NCBI GenBank assembly: GCA_965209055.1
Contig: OZ242374.1
Coordinates: 544,001-608,000 of the forward strand
Direction of reading: 5' to 3'
Source: Acidobacteriota bacterium
GTDB taxonomy: Bacteria; Acidobacteriota; UBA6911; RPQK01; JAJDTT01
DNA length: 64,000 nucleotides
Under the pieces are notes generated by a model. It made no database searches. It had not been told where the DNA came from and was given only the letters and a program-made list of their open reading frames with translations. The translations under genes and the position numbers were made by a program. Of the stretch, positions 18,461-29,050 are shown piece after piece; the first letter of the stretch is position 1, and each line of letters opens with the position of its first letter.

Positions 18461-21195
18461 TGGCTCGCACCCGTGCCTTTACCAACGGGCTCATCCTCTC
18501 GGTTTGCCTGCTCTGGACCACGCCCGACGCGGCTGCGGTTCTGACGCTGCGGACAGGCAGCCACAACGGAGTTCCTCCTTTCCCCAGAACCAATGGACGA
18601 CAGATCGCCGGCAACTCCAAGGGAATCTGGTTCCTGGCCCACGACGGCGCCGCCGATGGGAACCCGACGGTTTTCCTATCGACCTCCAAAGACCCCCGTC
18701 CTGAATTTGCCGGCGATTTCAAAGCAGCCATAGCCCTGGCAGGGGGGTCGAGCCGGCCGGTTCTGACCGGTCCGTTCACGGGTGCGCGGGCGGCGAGCCT
18801 GGTCATCGGCCGGGACGACATCCTGCACCTGGTCTTCCAGAGTTCCGAGCCGCAAGGGATCTGGTATGCGCGGTGCCCAGCCGGAGGCACGGACCCGTCA
18901 GGGAGCCTGGGAAGGAGAAAGAATTGGACCCGGGCCGACGGCAAGACTCCGGGTCCCGAAAGAATCGATCACGGCGAGGGGACCGAATTCGGGGACCTGG
19001 TGACCGATGCGCGGGGCCGGCCCTGGATCCTCTACAGCCAGGCCGTTCCGGCCGCCGCCGAGAACATCTATGAGTTCCGGGACAAGGGCCATTCGTACTC
19101 GAGGCGCGCCCGCCGGCCGGCCCGGCAACTCTGGGCGGCTTCGCCAAGAGAGGGAGGCTGGATCCGGCGGCCCCTGACGCGTCCGGGCGATTTTGGCGCC
19201 CCGGTCGCCGATCTGGACCGCTCCGGCACATTGCACCTGACCTCCTCGAGAAAAGGGTTCAACTTCCTCTTCTATCTCCAATTCCCCAATTTCACCGACG
19301 GCTTCGACCGTCAGCGCGACTTCACCACCTCCGCCCCCCATGTCCCCTGGACCGGAACCGGATTCGTCAGCCACAGCGTCATCGGCTGGGGCCGGCACGC
19401 CCTGGTGGCCTGGGAAAAGGTGGAGCATCAGATCCTGTACGCCTTTTTCGACGGAGAATCCTGGAGCGTCCAGGGACTGCACTCGAGTCCGGAGCATTTC
19501 CATCACCCCATTCTGGTTCGGGATCCGCACGACGCCGGTTGGGTCTTCTGGACCAACACGACGCGGAGCCACACCTTCTATTCCCGGTGGCTGGGCTCCC
19601 GGTTCGGCGCGGCCTGCAGAGGACGAACGGCCGGCGGCGATCCGGTTTCCCACGAGGCGATGACCCGGGCGCCCTCCCTCAGTCACTTCCACACCGTGGG
19701 CAAAGGGACGGGAGGGAACGCGGAAGCCCTGGGGATGGCCCTCGCCACCCGGGGCAGCGGCGGCGGCGTCTTCTTCGACACCTTGAAGGTCCCGGACCTG
19801 AATCCGGAGCCGGGCCGCAAGATCCTCTTCCTCGACATGCTGGAAGTGAGCGCTCTGGACAACCTGCGGCGCTCCTTTCACCCCATGCGCAAGCACCCGG
19901 CCAACCCGGTCCTGCGCAGAGGTTCCCCCGGGACCTGGGACGACGCACGAGCCATCGCCTACGGAGAGGTTCTGCTCGACGACGGCAAATTTCGAATCTG
20001 GTATTCGGGCACCGACCGGGACACCGTGAGAAACCGGTACTCGGGCGGTTACCGGGTTGGTTACGCCGAGAGCGAAGACGGCATCCACTGGGTCAAGCCG
20101 GTTCTCGACCAGGTGGAACACCGGGGATCAAAGCGGAACAACATCGTCGACCTGAGCTACCGGCCGCACGGCCATTGGGCCATGGTGGTCAAGGACGAAC
20201 GGGATCCCGACCCGGAGAAGCGCTACAAGGCGATGGTGGACCACACGGACGGCAACCGGCTCCACTACTCGGCGGACGGCATCCGCTGGTCCGGCGGGAC
20301 CCTGGTCAATCCGAACCGGCTTCCCGGCGGCGGCACGAATCCGGGCCGCTTCGGAGACCGGAGGAATCTGTTCCACGATTCGCTGGAGACCGATCCGGAG
20401 CGCCGCTGGAAAGTGTTCGGCCGCCACTGTTTTGGGACCGGCCTGCTGGTTCCGCGATACACTCGCCGAACCTGCCGGTACTGGAGCCCCGACCTGATCC
20501 GTTGGACTTCCGACCCCCGGAATCCGGTCTTCTATCCACGCGCCGGAACCGAAGTGGAGCAACATGCCATGTCCGTCTGGATCGCCGGCCAGGTGTATCT
20601 GGGTCTGTTCGACGCTTGGGACGCCCTGCAATTGAGCCCCCAACAACTGGCCGTGAGCCGGGACGGGCGCAACTTCGTTCACGTCTTCGACGGCGTCCCC
20701 GCCGTCGAGTTGGGGCCGCCCGGCGCCTGGGACGGCGGCTGGACCTCCCCCGCGGATCTGCCGGTGGCCGTAGGAGACGACCTGTGGCTCTACTACTCGG
20801 GCAGTCCGGTGAGCATCGGGCCGTACCACGACTGGATCGACCTGCCCATGGAGAGCGGTCTGGCCACCATTCGCAAAGACGGATTCGTGAGCCTGGAGGT
20901 CACGGAAGGGAAGGACTCGGGGTGGTTCACCACGATTCCTCTGGCCGGAAAGTCTATCCCTCCGGATCTTGAGGTGAATGTCGAAGGACTCTCCCGTAAC
21001 GCGGGCCGAATCGCCGTCGAGTTGATCGATGCCCGGCAAGTGCTGGCCACCGGTCGAGTCCTGAACCAGGATGGAGTGGCGGTCCCGGTCCGGTGGACCC
21101 GGACCCGAAGGGTCGAGCACCCGGGCACGGGAACGCTACGGCTCCGCTTTACGCTCGACGGCCGAGCCCGCCTCTACGGTTTCACCTTCAGGTAG
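18457..21195 (+). CDS. Secreted protein: N-terminal propeller fused to a GH32/43-like propeller
   Basis: Signal peptide; the C-terminal half has KHPANPVL, YAESEDGIHWVKP, SRDG, GAWDGG and RKDGFVS, the same family as 7750-9225. Confidence 0.7.
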   Translation: MMARTRAFTNGLILSVCLLWTTPDAAAVLTLRTGSHNGVPPFPRTNGRQIAGNSKGIWFLAHDGAADGNPTVFLSTSKDPRPEFAGDFKAAIALAGGSSRPVLTGPFTGARAASLVIGRDDILHLVFQSSEPQGIWYARCPAGGTDPSGSLGRRKNWTRADGKTPGPERIDHGEGTEFGDLVTDARGRPWILYSQAVPAAAENIYEFRDKGHSYSRRARRPARQLWAASPREGGWIRRPLTRPGDFGAPVADLDRSGTLHLTSSRKGFNFLFYLQFPNFTDGFDRQRDFTTSAPHVPWTGTGFVSHSVIGWGRHALVAWEKVEHQILYAFFDGESWSVQGLHSSPEHFHHPILVRDPHDAGWVFWTNTTRSHTFYSRWLGSRFGAACRGRTAGGDPVSHEAMTRAPSLSHFHTVGKGTGGNAEALGMALATRGSGGGVFFDTLKVPDLNPEPGRKILFLDMLEVSALDNLRRSFHPMRKHPANPVLRRGSPGTWDDARAIAYGEVLLDDGKFRIWYSGTDRDTVRNRYSGGYRVGYAESEDGIHWVKPVLDQVEHRGSKRNNIVDLSYRPHGHWAMVVKDERDPDPEKRYKAMVDHTDGNRLHYSADGIRWSGGTLVNPNRLPGGGTNPGRFGDRRNLFHDSLETDPERRWKVFGRHCFGTGLLVPRYTRRTCRYWSPDLIRWTSDPRNPVFYPRAGTEVEQHAMSVWIAGQVYLGLFDAWDALQLSPQQLAVSRDGRNFVHVFDGVPAVELGPPGAWDGGWTSPADLPVAVGDDLWLYYSGSPVSIGPYHDWIDLPMESGLATIRKDGFVSLEVTEGKDSGWFTTIPLAGKSIPPDLEVNVEGLSRNAGRIAVELIDARQVLATGRVLNQDGVAVPVRWTRTRRVEHPGTGTLRLRFTLDGRARLYGFTFR

Positions 21196-21240
21196 ACTCA
21201 CGGTGCGTTTGATCTGAATCGAACAGCGAGGAAAGAGACC

Positions 21241-22563
21241 ATGCCTGTTGTAGTGACCGGGACTCTGTTGCTGAGTCGTCTGCTGGGAATTGCCTTTGCC
21301 GGCGCGCACGTGCCGGCGGCCCCGCCACAAGAGAAACCGATGCTGCTCCATTCAAGGGCCGCGGTCACGTCGGTGACCGTCTCCGAGCCCTCCATCGTGC
21401 ACGAAGATGGGGCGGCGCCCCCCTACTACTCTCGCTACACGCCGCTGCTCAAGCTGCTCGACGGTTCCATCATCCTCATTGGGAGCGCGGACAAGATCCT
21501 GCGTTCCACCGACGGCGGCCGCACTTGGCGGAAACAGCCGGTCGCGATCTCCAGATTCCAGGCGCTACAGCGCCGGGATGGTTCGTTCTATCTGCTCAAG
21601 CGGGGCGTCCGGCCGTCAGAACGGCCGGGGGTTTTCCTCGCCGGATATATGAAATTGAACGGGCTCGGCGACTTCAAGGACGTTGGCGATGAATCCTGGC
21701 AGGAAACCGCCATCTCCGTGCCCCGGTTCAAGCCTGTCATCGCTGACGATTACAAGACCGTGTCTCGAGCTCCCCATGTCGAGCTCGCCCATGAGCTGCC
21801 GGACGGAACGCTGCTGGGGCTCTCCTACGGCAACTTCGTCGGCGACGACGTGCCCATCAGCGGATTCGACACCAAACTGGGCGTCGCGCCCATGTACCGC
21901 ACCTACATGTTGTCCTCCACCGATGACGGGAAGAATTGGGAATATCTTTCGACCATTGCCTACGACGGCAAGACCGGGCAGGAGAGTTTCTGCGAGCCGG
22001 CCCTCGTGGATTTCGGCGGCGGGGAACTGATGGCGATCATGCGAACCGGCCGCTACGCGCCCCTTTATCAGTGCCGTTCCATGGACGGAGGACGGACCTG
22101 GAGCGAGCCGGTCTCCCTGGAGACGCTGGGCCTGCGGCCGAGAATGACCCTGTTGGAGAATGGGATCCTGGCCTGCAGCTTCGGCTGGCGCCCCATGCGG
22201 TACATCTACTGGGAGGATCCCAACGGCGGGTACTACCCCGCGGGCCTCGCCGACTATCACAAGCGCTACAAGAGCCAGGTCGGAATTGAAGATCCTTCGG
22301 CGGCGGCGGGAGACTACGTCATGTTCAGTCCCGACAAGGGGTATACCTGGACTCAACCCCGCAAGATCGCCGAACCGTTGACGCAAGGGTACACTCAGAT
22401 CGCCGCCACCGGACCCGACTCCTGCGTCGTGCTCTCCTATCGTTTCGTTTTGCCCGGGAAATCGCTGGGTGAAACACTCCGGATGTGGGAAAACGACAGC
22501 GAGCATTTCCTGCGGGACATGAAGACGCTCTACGAGGCGCGCCGGATCGTCGTCCGGCCCTGA
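21241..22563 (+). CDS. BNR/Asp-box sialidase-family protein
   Basis: Asp-boxes STDGGRTW, STDDGKNW, SMDGGRTW and SPDKGYTW; EPAL...MRTG. Confidence 0.8.
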   Translation: MPVVVTGTLLLSRLLGIAFAGAHVPAAPPQEKPMLLHSRAAVTSVTVSEPSIVHEDGAAPPYYSRYTPLLKLLDGSIILIGSADKILRSTDGGRTWRKQPVAISRFQALQRRDGSFYLLKRGVRPSERPGVFLAGYMKLNGLGDFKDVGDESWQETAISVPRFKPVIADDYKTVSRAPHVELAHELPDGTLLGLSYGNFVGDDVPISGFDTKLGVAPMYRTYMLSSTDDGKNWEYLSTIAYDGKTGQESFCEPALVDFGGGELMAIMRTGRYAPLYQCRSMDGGRTWSEPVSLETLGLRPRMTLLENGILACSFGWRPMRYIYWEDPNGGYYPAGLADYHKRYKSQVGIEDPSAAAGDYVMFSPDKGYTWTQPRKIAEPLTQGYTQIAATGPDSCVVLSYRFVLPGKSLGETLRMWENDSEHFLRDMKTLYEARRIVVRP

Positions 22564-22686
22564 CTGTGGAGATTTCCCGTCAACGAACTGCATTCGCCAA
22601 CGGCCCCGGCGCGGCAGGCCGATACGAAATTCCCTTTCCCGGGCCGTGCTAGACTCGCTCCCAAGAACCGGTTCTGAAGACAAGAC

Positions 22687-23925
22687 ATGACCTTTCGATT
22701 CGGCGCTCGCTCACCACGGCTGCGAACTCTCGTCCCGTTGAGCGTCCTGGCCTCCATTCTTCTTCTGATTCTTCCCCTGATCGGCTGCGGAGAAAGTTCC
22801 TCAGGAGCCGATGCCGGACCCGGCCCGCTGGACGTGCGGAAGATCTACTTCATGTTCCACCCGGTCTGCTGGCAGACGGCGGGACTGGATCCTCCGCCCG
22901 GGGACTGGGACGAACACAGCCCCTACAGCCGGCCCGTCTGGGACGCGACCTACCGGAAGGAGCTGGAGGTCAACCGTCTCCAGAAGGACCTCATGTCCAG
23001 GATGAAGGCGGACGAGGTCTTGCTCCTTTTCCCCATCGGCGACAAGGCACCCATGCTCGAGCTGCAAGACTACGCCAGCCGCACTCTGGGACGGCGAGCC
23101 GTTCTCGTGGACCGGGAGCTGAAGCAACCGCCGGCGGAGTGGCGGAAGCTGGACCATCCTCTGGAGCGATTCCTGTCGGTGCCGGACTTGCCGGGGCGAG
23201 ACGAGTTCCTGGATGGAGTGCCGGCGGAGATCCGGGAGGAGTTGGCGGCGGAGATCCGGGAGGCCATCGACGAAGCCGGCGCCGTGGCCGCCACCTGGAA
23301 TCCAGCCGTGTTGGAGGTGCTCTACTTCAGCCGGCTGGCCGCGTGGGACATCCGGAATGAATTCCGGAAGCGCAACCTGAGATACGATCCCGCCACGACG
23401 CAGGGAGTCGCCTTCGGCGAGGGGTTCGAGCAGTGCGCCATGACCTACAAGCAGATGCTGGCCCCCTATCTGGGGCTTCAGACCCCCGTGGACAACCGGT
23501 ACGACCTTTCCGTCAGCGGCGCCTCGTTCCTGATGGGATCCCGATTCCGGGAGCGGGTCGACCTGGATCCCAACCTGCGCCTTTATCTCTGGGAAGCAAC
23601 CGGGGGGCGCCTGGTGGGTCTGTACACCCGGGCCTGGTGCCGGCTCAAGGATCCTCTGCTCTACGCCCGGATTCCCGTCCAGGGTCTCGATCTCCAGGTT
23701 CGGGAGGTCCACGGAAAGCTCTGCTGGCCGGAACCTGACGCCCCCGAGTTGGCCCTGGATTCGGAGGGAGGCGAGTTGAAGCTGCCGGTCTACAACGGGA
23801 TCCGGCGCGACTTCGACTGGTACGGCGTGGTGAATACCGCCGAGGACGCCTGCTACGTCATTGCCAGGAACATGACTTACGGCGACTTCCGCCGCGTCTT
23901 GACGGATGCCCGGATATCGCCGTGA
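22687..23925 (+). CDS. Hypothetical lipoprotein
   Basis: Hydrophobic leader ending LIGC; GC3-rich codon pattern; no family recognised. Confidence 0.7.
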   Translation: MTFRFGARSPRLRTLVPLSVLASILLLILPLIGCGESSSGADAGPGPLDVRKIYFMFHPVCWQTAGLDPPPGDWDEHSPYSRPVWDATYRKELEVNRLQKDLMSRMKADEVLLLFPIGDKAPMLELQDYASRTLGRRAVLVDRELKQPPAEWRKLDHPLERFLSVPDLPGRDEFLDGVPAEIREELAAEIREAIDEAGAVAATWNPAVLEVLYFSRLAAWDIRNEFRKRNLRYDPATTQGVAFGEGFEQCAMTYKQMLAPYLGLQTPVDNRYDLSVSGASFLMGSRFRERVDLDPNLRLYLWEATGGRLVGLYTRAWCRLKDPLLYARIPVQGLDLQVREVHGKLCWPEPDAPELALDSEGGELKLPVYNGIRRDFDWYGVVNTAEDACYVIARNMTYGDFRRVLTDARISP

Positions 23926-24051
23926 ACGGGCGTTCAGGACCCGGCGTCGAGGACCCCACGCGGCTCGGCGGGCCTCCTCAGGCCTGCAGGTAGGGATGCA
24001 GGTCAAGGGGCAACGGTAGACGGGACGTTGGGAATGCTCTCGCAAATGCCG

Positions 24052-25047
24052 TCAGGAAACGGCCTGGTAGATATGGTCCAGCCAGAAGACCATTTCGGCG
24101 GTGATGTCGCTGTTGGCCGCCGTCTCGCCGACGTTGCCCCACCAACCCTCAGGCGACTGAGACGCGATCAGGCCGTCGCCCACGCGAACCGCCATCTCCC
24201 GGTACTTCTCCTCGGCAGTCAGGGTGTACATCACGGATGCCGCCCATCCCGGTTTTCCGGCGCGGACCAGGCTGTAGAGATACTCGCTGGCTCCCTCCGC
24301 CAGAAGCATGTACTCCCTGGCGAGTTCCAGCCACTCTTCCTCGCCGGTGGCCTGATAGAGGAGGGCGAGAAACCCGCCCGCGATTCCCGGGTTGTAGAAG
24401 GGTTCATCCCGCTCGGCGTCCCGGTTCAGGACATACCGGAACGCGTCGGCGGCGTCATGCTCGACGTGCAACCCCTGTTCCCTGCTGTAGACCGCGTAAA
24501 ACTGGGCCGGATAGTTGGGCTGGACCTCCATGAGGGTCTTCATCCACCGGCCCACTCCCCGGGCAACTTCGATCCTACCGGTGTAGAGGGCGGACCAGCC
24601 GCATCCCGCGACCACCCAGAGGTCCTGTTGCTCCAGGGGATCGTGTTCCACCGGACTGGACAGGAACCCGCCGGTCCGGCTGTCCCGGAAGCTCATGAGG
24701 AAATCCATGCCCCGCTGCGAAAGGTCGAAATGTCCCAAGCGGTGAGCGGCCTTGATCACCCACGCGTTGAAGTAGGTGTAGCCGTAACCGCGGATCGCCT
24801 CGGGCCTGGGCCCGAAGTCCCCGTCGGGAAGCGTTCCGTTCTCCCGAATCCAACTGCAGAGGCGGTTGGCCGCGAAGGTTTCGCCGCACGCGGCCAAGGC
24901 CGCAGGGACCTTGTGGTACTCGAGCAGGCCCTTTTCGGAGTCTCCGAAGCCGCCGTCGGTTCGCAATTGGTCCAATAGAAACGCACAGCCCTTGTCCCTG
25001 GCCTCTCGGAAGCGGCTCGTCCCGCGGGTGTCGCCTGCAACAATCAT
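24052..25047 (-). CDS. Hypothetical (alpha/alpha)-barrel protein (prenyltransferase/six-hairpin glycosidase-like)
   Basis: Repeats FLLDQLRTDGGF, LPDGDF, FRDSRTGGF and SQSPEGWW; LYQATGEEEWLELA. Confidence 0.65.
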   Translation of the reverse strand: MIVAGDTRGTSRFREARDKGCAFLLDQLRTDGGFGDSEKGLLEYHKVPAALAACGETFAANRLCSWIRENGTLPDGDFGPRPEAIRGYGYTYFNAWVIKAAHRLGHFDLSQRGMDFLMSFRDSRTGGFLSSPVEHDPLEQQDLWVVAGCGWSALYTGRIEVARGVGRWMKTLMEVQPNYPAQFYAVYSREQGLHVEHDAADAFRYVLNRDAERDEPFYNPGIAGGFLALLYQATGEEEWLELAREYMLLAEGASEYLYSLVRAGKPGWAASVMYTLTAEEKYREMAVRVGDGLIASQSPEGWWGNVGETAANSDITAEMVFWLDHIYQAVS

Positions 25048-25086
25048 ATTTCTGTCTCCAGTTCGGGAGCCGGCTGCATGAGGATA

Positions 25087-26118
25087 CTACGGACCCGGCG
25101 GGTTCTCTTTCCCGCTTCGATCCAAGAGTCGCATCACGCTGCCCTCCCGCCGCCGGAATTCCTCCAGGCTGGCGCGAACGATGAGGACGCTTCCGCCGCG
25201 GGTGACCCGCTGGCCGGGCCGCAGGTCGCCGAACCAGAGTAGCAGATCGGTGCAGGGGGCATTCTGATTCGCCAGCACAGCCAGAGCATCTTGCGAAAAA
25301 TGCGCGGTCAGGAGGTGCCCCTTGTCCGTGATGTTCCAGCAGACGACCCCCGGGAAGCTCACGGAGGAGGACGCCTTCGACCCGGGCCGGACCCGGAAAA
25401 ATTCACCGTTTCTTTCGTCCACCGGAAGAAACGTGGCAGCTCCGACACCGGGCAGGCTCTGGTATTCGGTCCAGGACGATCCCACCTTGAGATAGGGCCG
25501 GTATCCGGTGGCCGGCGCGTGGTAATGGTCCAGGCAGATCCATGCATGGACATCTCTCCAGGGCTCACCGGAGTTGTTGGTGACTGACACGGAATAGTGT
25601 GCGCCCGTGGAGTCCGCATGGATGCCGGCCGACTGGCGGCCCAAGACAGCTTTCGTCGCCGCGGCTTCGTCGAGCAGGTAGCAATAGAAATCGTGCTTTG
25701 GATCCAGCTTCCAGAGCCCGTTGAGATCCCTGACCGGAGCGCCGGAATAGGTCCACCGCTCTCCCGCATTCACCCATCGCATCCCCACCTGGTAGTGGAG
25801 CTTCCGTCCATTGACGTAAATCTGCTCCGGCAGCCTGAGGAGCCAGGAGGCCCTCTCAGGCCGATCCTCCCAGCCGATCCGCTCCAGGCCCCGTGCCGTG
25901 ATGACCACCACCTGGGGGGCCAGGGCGTCGTGGTAGCGCCGATAGGTGGGATAGGTGGAGTGGACCAGGGGCTCGACCTGGAGACGGTGGAAGTCCAGAT
26001 CCGCCGGCGGTTCATGACCAGCCTCCCCATCGCGTGGACCCGCCGCGCAGCCCGCGAGCAGAAGGGATGCCGCCGCAAGGGTGGCCAAGGAGGCTGAACG
26101 GCTCGATCCTTCCTTCAC
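25087..26118 (-). CDS. Hypothetical lipoprotein
   Basis: Lipobox LLLAGC after a GTG start; the 5' part of the track ORF is a shadow of the opposite-strand gene. Confidence 0.6.
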   Translation of the reverse strand: MKEGSSRSASLATLAAASLLLAGCAAGPRDGEAGHEPPADLDFHRLQVEPLVHSTYPTYRRYHDALAPQVVVITARGLERIGWEDRPERASWLLRLPEQIYVNGRKLHYQVGMRWVNAGERWTYSGAPVRDLNGLWKLDPKHDFYCYLLDEAAATKAVLGRQSAGIHADSTGAHYSVSVTNNSGEPWRDVHAWICLDHYHAPATGYRPYLKVGSSWTEYQSLPGVGAATFLPVDERNGEFFRVRPGSKASSSVSFPGVVCWNITDKGHLLTAHFSQDALAVLANQNAPCTDLLLWFGDLRPGQRVTRGGSVLIVRASLEEFRRREGSVMRLLDRSGKENPPGP

Positions 26119-26196
26119 CGCAACGACTTTACAGACCCGGGGGTTGACGTCACCATGCGGACTCTCCATCACTGGTGGCCGGAGCAGAAACGGGCC

Positions 26197-27456
26197 ATGG
26201 AAGACTGCCTTTCCCGCCGCGATCTCCTGGTTTCTCTCCTCTCCGCGTCCGCCCTGGCCTCGACTGCCCGTCGTGCCTCTCCGGCGTCGGCCTCGCCCGG
26301 CCCGGCGATGCGTATCATCTTCACGACGGCGGGCAGGACGGCCATCATGGACGCTGCCGGCGGGGACCTGCAAGTTCTGGATTTCCAGGAGCCGGACCAG
26401 GTGACGTGGCAGCCGGCCGGGTTCTTCCGCGACGGCCGGAGAATCCTGCTCTTGAGCATGGAAGCGCGCCGGGACGGTCCGGGCCGTCCCTTCGCCCAGT
26501 ACTACACCCGGACCCCCACCCATATCTGGACCTATGACCTCCAGGACAAACGTCTCACCGAAATCGCCACCCGGAACCGGATGGCGGTCTTCTACACTCC
26601 CCAACTGCTGCTGGACGACCAACGCATGTTGGTGCAGGTCTTCCGAGACCAGGTCGGACAGATCTTCAGCATGAACCTGGATGGCAGCGATGCCCGCGAG
26701 TTCACGGCTGCGGGAGAAGGCCTCCCCTACGGCTTCAGCCTGAACCGGGAGAGTCGACGGGTCGCCTTTCACCTGGCCGGCCCGGCGGGTTACCAGGTCT
26801 GGACCAGCGATTTCCAAGGACGCCGCCGCACCCTGGTTGCGGCCCATCCGGACCATCTCTACTTCGGGCCCGCCTGGTCGCCCGACGGAGCATGGCTCGC
26901 CTACCTGGATTGCCGCTTCCGGCAAGATCCGGGTCACGACTGGTCCGATGTCTGCGTCAGCCGCCCCGACGGATCGGAGCAGCGGGTCCTGACCCGGGGA
27001 CAGTCCCACTGGTTCGGCGCCAGCTACGGCAGTCCGGGAAACCGCGGCGGCGGGTCAAATTTGCTCTCTTGGACTCGAGACGGCGCCATTCTCTTTTCGC
27101 GAAAGCTCCCGGGCAGCAAGGTTCCCTGGGAATACCAGCCGCAGCGTCCGGACACGGACCACTTCAACCGCGACTACAAGCCGGAATCGGCCCGGGGCGG
27201 CACGGAGATCTGCCGGATCGACCCCAGCGGCGGCGAAATCCGGTACTTGACCGGGAGCCGCCCCCCCGTCTGGGACCTGAGGGCAAGCGAATCTCCCGAC
27301 GGCCGCACCATCGTTTTCTGCCGGGCCAAGACGGGGCGGATGCCGGAGATCTGGTGCGTGGAGTCCAACGGAAACAACGCCAGGCGCCTCACCCGCGGCC
27401 TGCAGGGCCGGGGAGCCGATCACCCCCGCTGGCTGCCGTTGCGGGAGGGTGGTTAG
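26197..27456 (+). CDS. TolB-like/PD40 beta-propeller with a Tat-like leader
   Basis: SRRDLL leader; PAWSPDG, ESPDGRTIVF and RRLTRG...HPRW. Confidence 0.8.
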   Translation: MEDCLSRRDLLVSLLSASALASTARRASPASASPGPAMRIIFTTAGRTAIMDAAGGDLQVLDFQEPDQVTWQPAGFFRDGRRILLLSMEARRDGPGRPFAQYYTRTPTHIWTYDLQDKRLTEIATRNRMAVFYTPQLLLDDQRMLVQVFRDQVGQIFSMNLDGSDAREFTAAGEGLPYGFSLNRESRRVAFHLAGPAGYQVWTSDFQGRRRTLVAAHPDHLYFGPAWSPDGAWLAYLDCRFRQDPGHDWSDVCVSRPDGSEQRVLTRGQSHWFGASYGSPGNRGGGSNLLSWTRDGAILFSRKLPGSKVPWEYQPQRPDTDHFNRDYKPESARGGTEICRIDPSGGEIRYLTGSRPPVWDLRASESPDGRTIVFCRAKTGRMPEIWCVESNGNNARRLTRGLQGRGADHPRWLPLREGG

Positions 27457-27636
27457 CAGCCCGTGGTAAAAGTCGTCACGGCATTCGACCGTCCCTGCAT
27501 CCCGGCGGGCTGATTCCAAAAATTCCGTAAACTATTCAACCTAAAAGAGTTGAGAATATTTCTTCGACTCTCTTCCCCCCATTATTTCCACCTGATCGAA
27601 TCGGATGCCATTGGCCCTTCATGGCCGTGAACGGAC

Positions 27637-27970
27637 GTAACCGTTCGGTTAAGCCGTGGAAGAGAGGTCGGTTGGCATCCTCGCCGCAATGATCAATTCC
27701 CGTTGGGTTGGTGTCGAGCTTGAACCACTTTTCGTGGCAGTAAGACCTCCGTGGGAGAGGCTACCATCAGGTGATCGTCGGCCGCGAAGTCCTTACACTC
27801 CACACGATCCGACCGCATCGTTCCGACGCTATGGGGCAAATTATCCGGTCTGTCCTCCATCCCGTGGGAGGCGGAAGAGTGGCGCTTCCACAGGTGCTCG
27901 CCCCCCATTGAGCGCGAGGCCGCAGGCCCGGCTCAGGAAGTCGATCCCCACGGCTTGACCGAACGGTTAC
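27637..27970. mobile_element. 334-bp MITE with IS66-like ends
   Basis: TIRs GTAACCGTTCGGTTAAGCCGTGG (27637-27659) and CCACGGCTTGACCGAACGGTTAC (27948-27970), 22/23 complementary. GTAA...TTAC termini are typical of IS66. No clean 8-bp target duplication is seen. Confidence 0.7.
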
Positions 27971-28405
27971 CTGTGGACTCCATGGGCAAGATTCGGGTCA
28001 CGCCTCCAGACCAAGCCATCTCGTGTGGAGGCCGGTGAAGCGCCACAGGTGAATGCCCATGTAGCCCACCGCTCGTTCTAGCAACGCACCGGTCGCTTTC
28101 TACTTGCCTGGTTGGGCAAATAGCCCTGCTCCCGGGCTGCTGCCCCGCTGAACCCTCCGAGTGGAAAGAGAAACACCCGCTGGAAATCCCTGGACAGAAA
28201 GGCTCAACGCTCCCTCGTTGCCCGGAACCCCCTATGGAAAATCGGAGATTTCCCACAGGGTGCTCCCTTCTGCTGACGCCACAACCTGGTGCCCTACACG
28301 GAAGAAAGAAAGACCAGTGGATGAGATCGACGGTCCGATTATTTTCGACCAAGTGAACCTCCTTCACGTCCGGCTCCGGATCGCCGAGAGCCGGATCTTG
28401 GATCA

Positions 28406-29050
28406 TCAGCACAATACCTGAACCGCTAGATACCGGAACTGTCCGTAGCGTACGCTGTCAAATTCCTCATAATCTCGCCATAGGAGCCCATAGGAACGCG
28501 CAAGACAGATGGATTTTTCCCGGCCCTTTTTCGTTCCATCCGACGCATCCTTTGACCAATCCAATTCTTTTTCTTTGGAAACTTGCCGACCGTCATGGAG
28601 GCGGAAAGCAGCGTCCACAATGTCGTCCCGTGCCGGTCGTGTCCAATAAAGGGGATCGTTAGTCAGCAAGACCGCGAAACCAGCTTGAGCTATCCCCCGC
28701 TCTCCGCACACTCGCTCGAGGCGTTGGACGTCTTTCAGAAAGTCGTATCGGCGGAGAGGATAAGCCGCATGGTGGCGGAGCGCGAACGACTCACCGTTGT
28801 GTTCAAATTCGAGTTTTCGGGTGTAGTACTTCAGTTCCACGGCAACGCCGATGTCAGGAAGCCAAAGGTCCAGGTACACTCGTTTTTCCCGAATAGGTCT
28901 GGACTGAAAGGGTTGGTACTCCAGACGAACGCGGAGATCCGGATTTGTGGTGCGAATGCACCACGCCAACGCGTGCTGGAAGTCAGCTTCAGAATGAAAC
29001 ACCGGTCGCTCCTGGGCCAGCGTGCTCATGACGTCGTCGATTTCAATCAT
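28406..29050 (-). CDS. Putative PD-(D/E)XK-fold nuclease, hypothetical
   Basis: FHSEADFQHALAW...RLEY...YLDLW...VAVELKY...FLKDVQRLE gives an E...D...ExK arrangement; codon usage is less GC-biased. Confidence 0.7.
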   Translation of the reverse strand: MIEIDDVMSTLAQERPVFHSEADFQHALAWCIRTTNPDLRVRLEYQPFQSRPIREKRVYLDLWLPDIGVAVELKYYTRKLEFEHNGESFALRHHAAYPLRRYDFLKDVQRLERVCGERGIAQAGFAVLLTNDPLYWTRPARDDIVDAAFRLHDGRQVSKEKELDWSKDASDGTKKGREKSICLARSYGLLWRDYEEFDSVRYGQFRYLAVQVLC

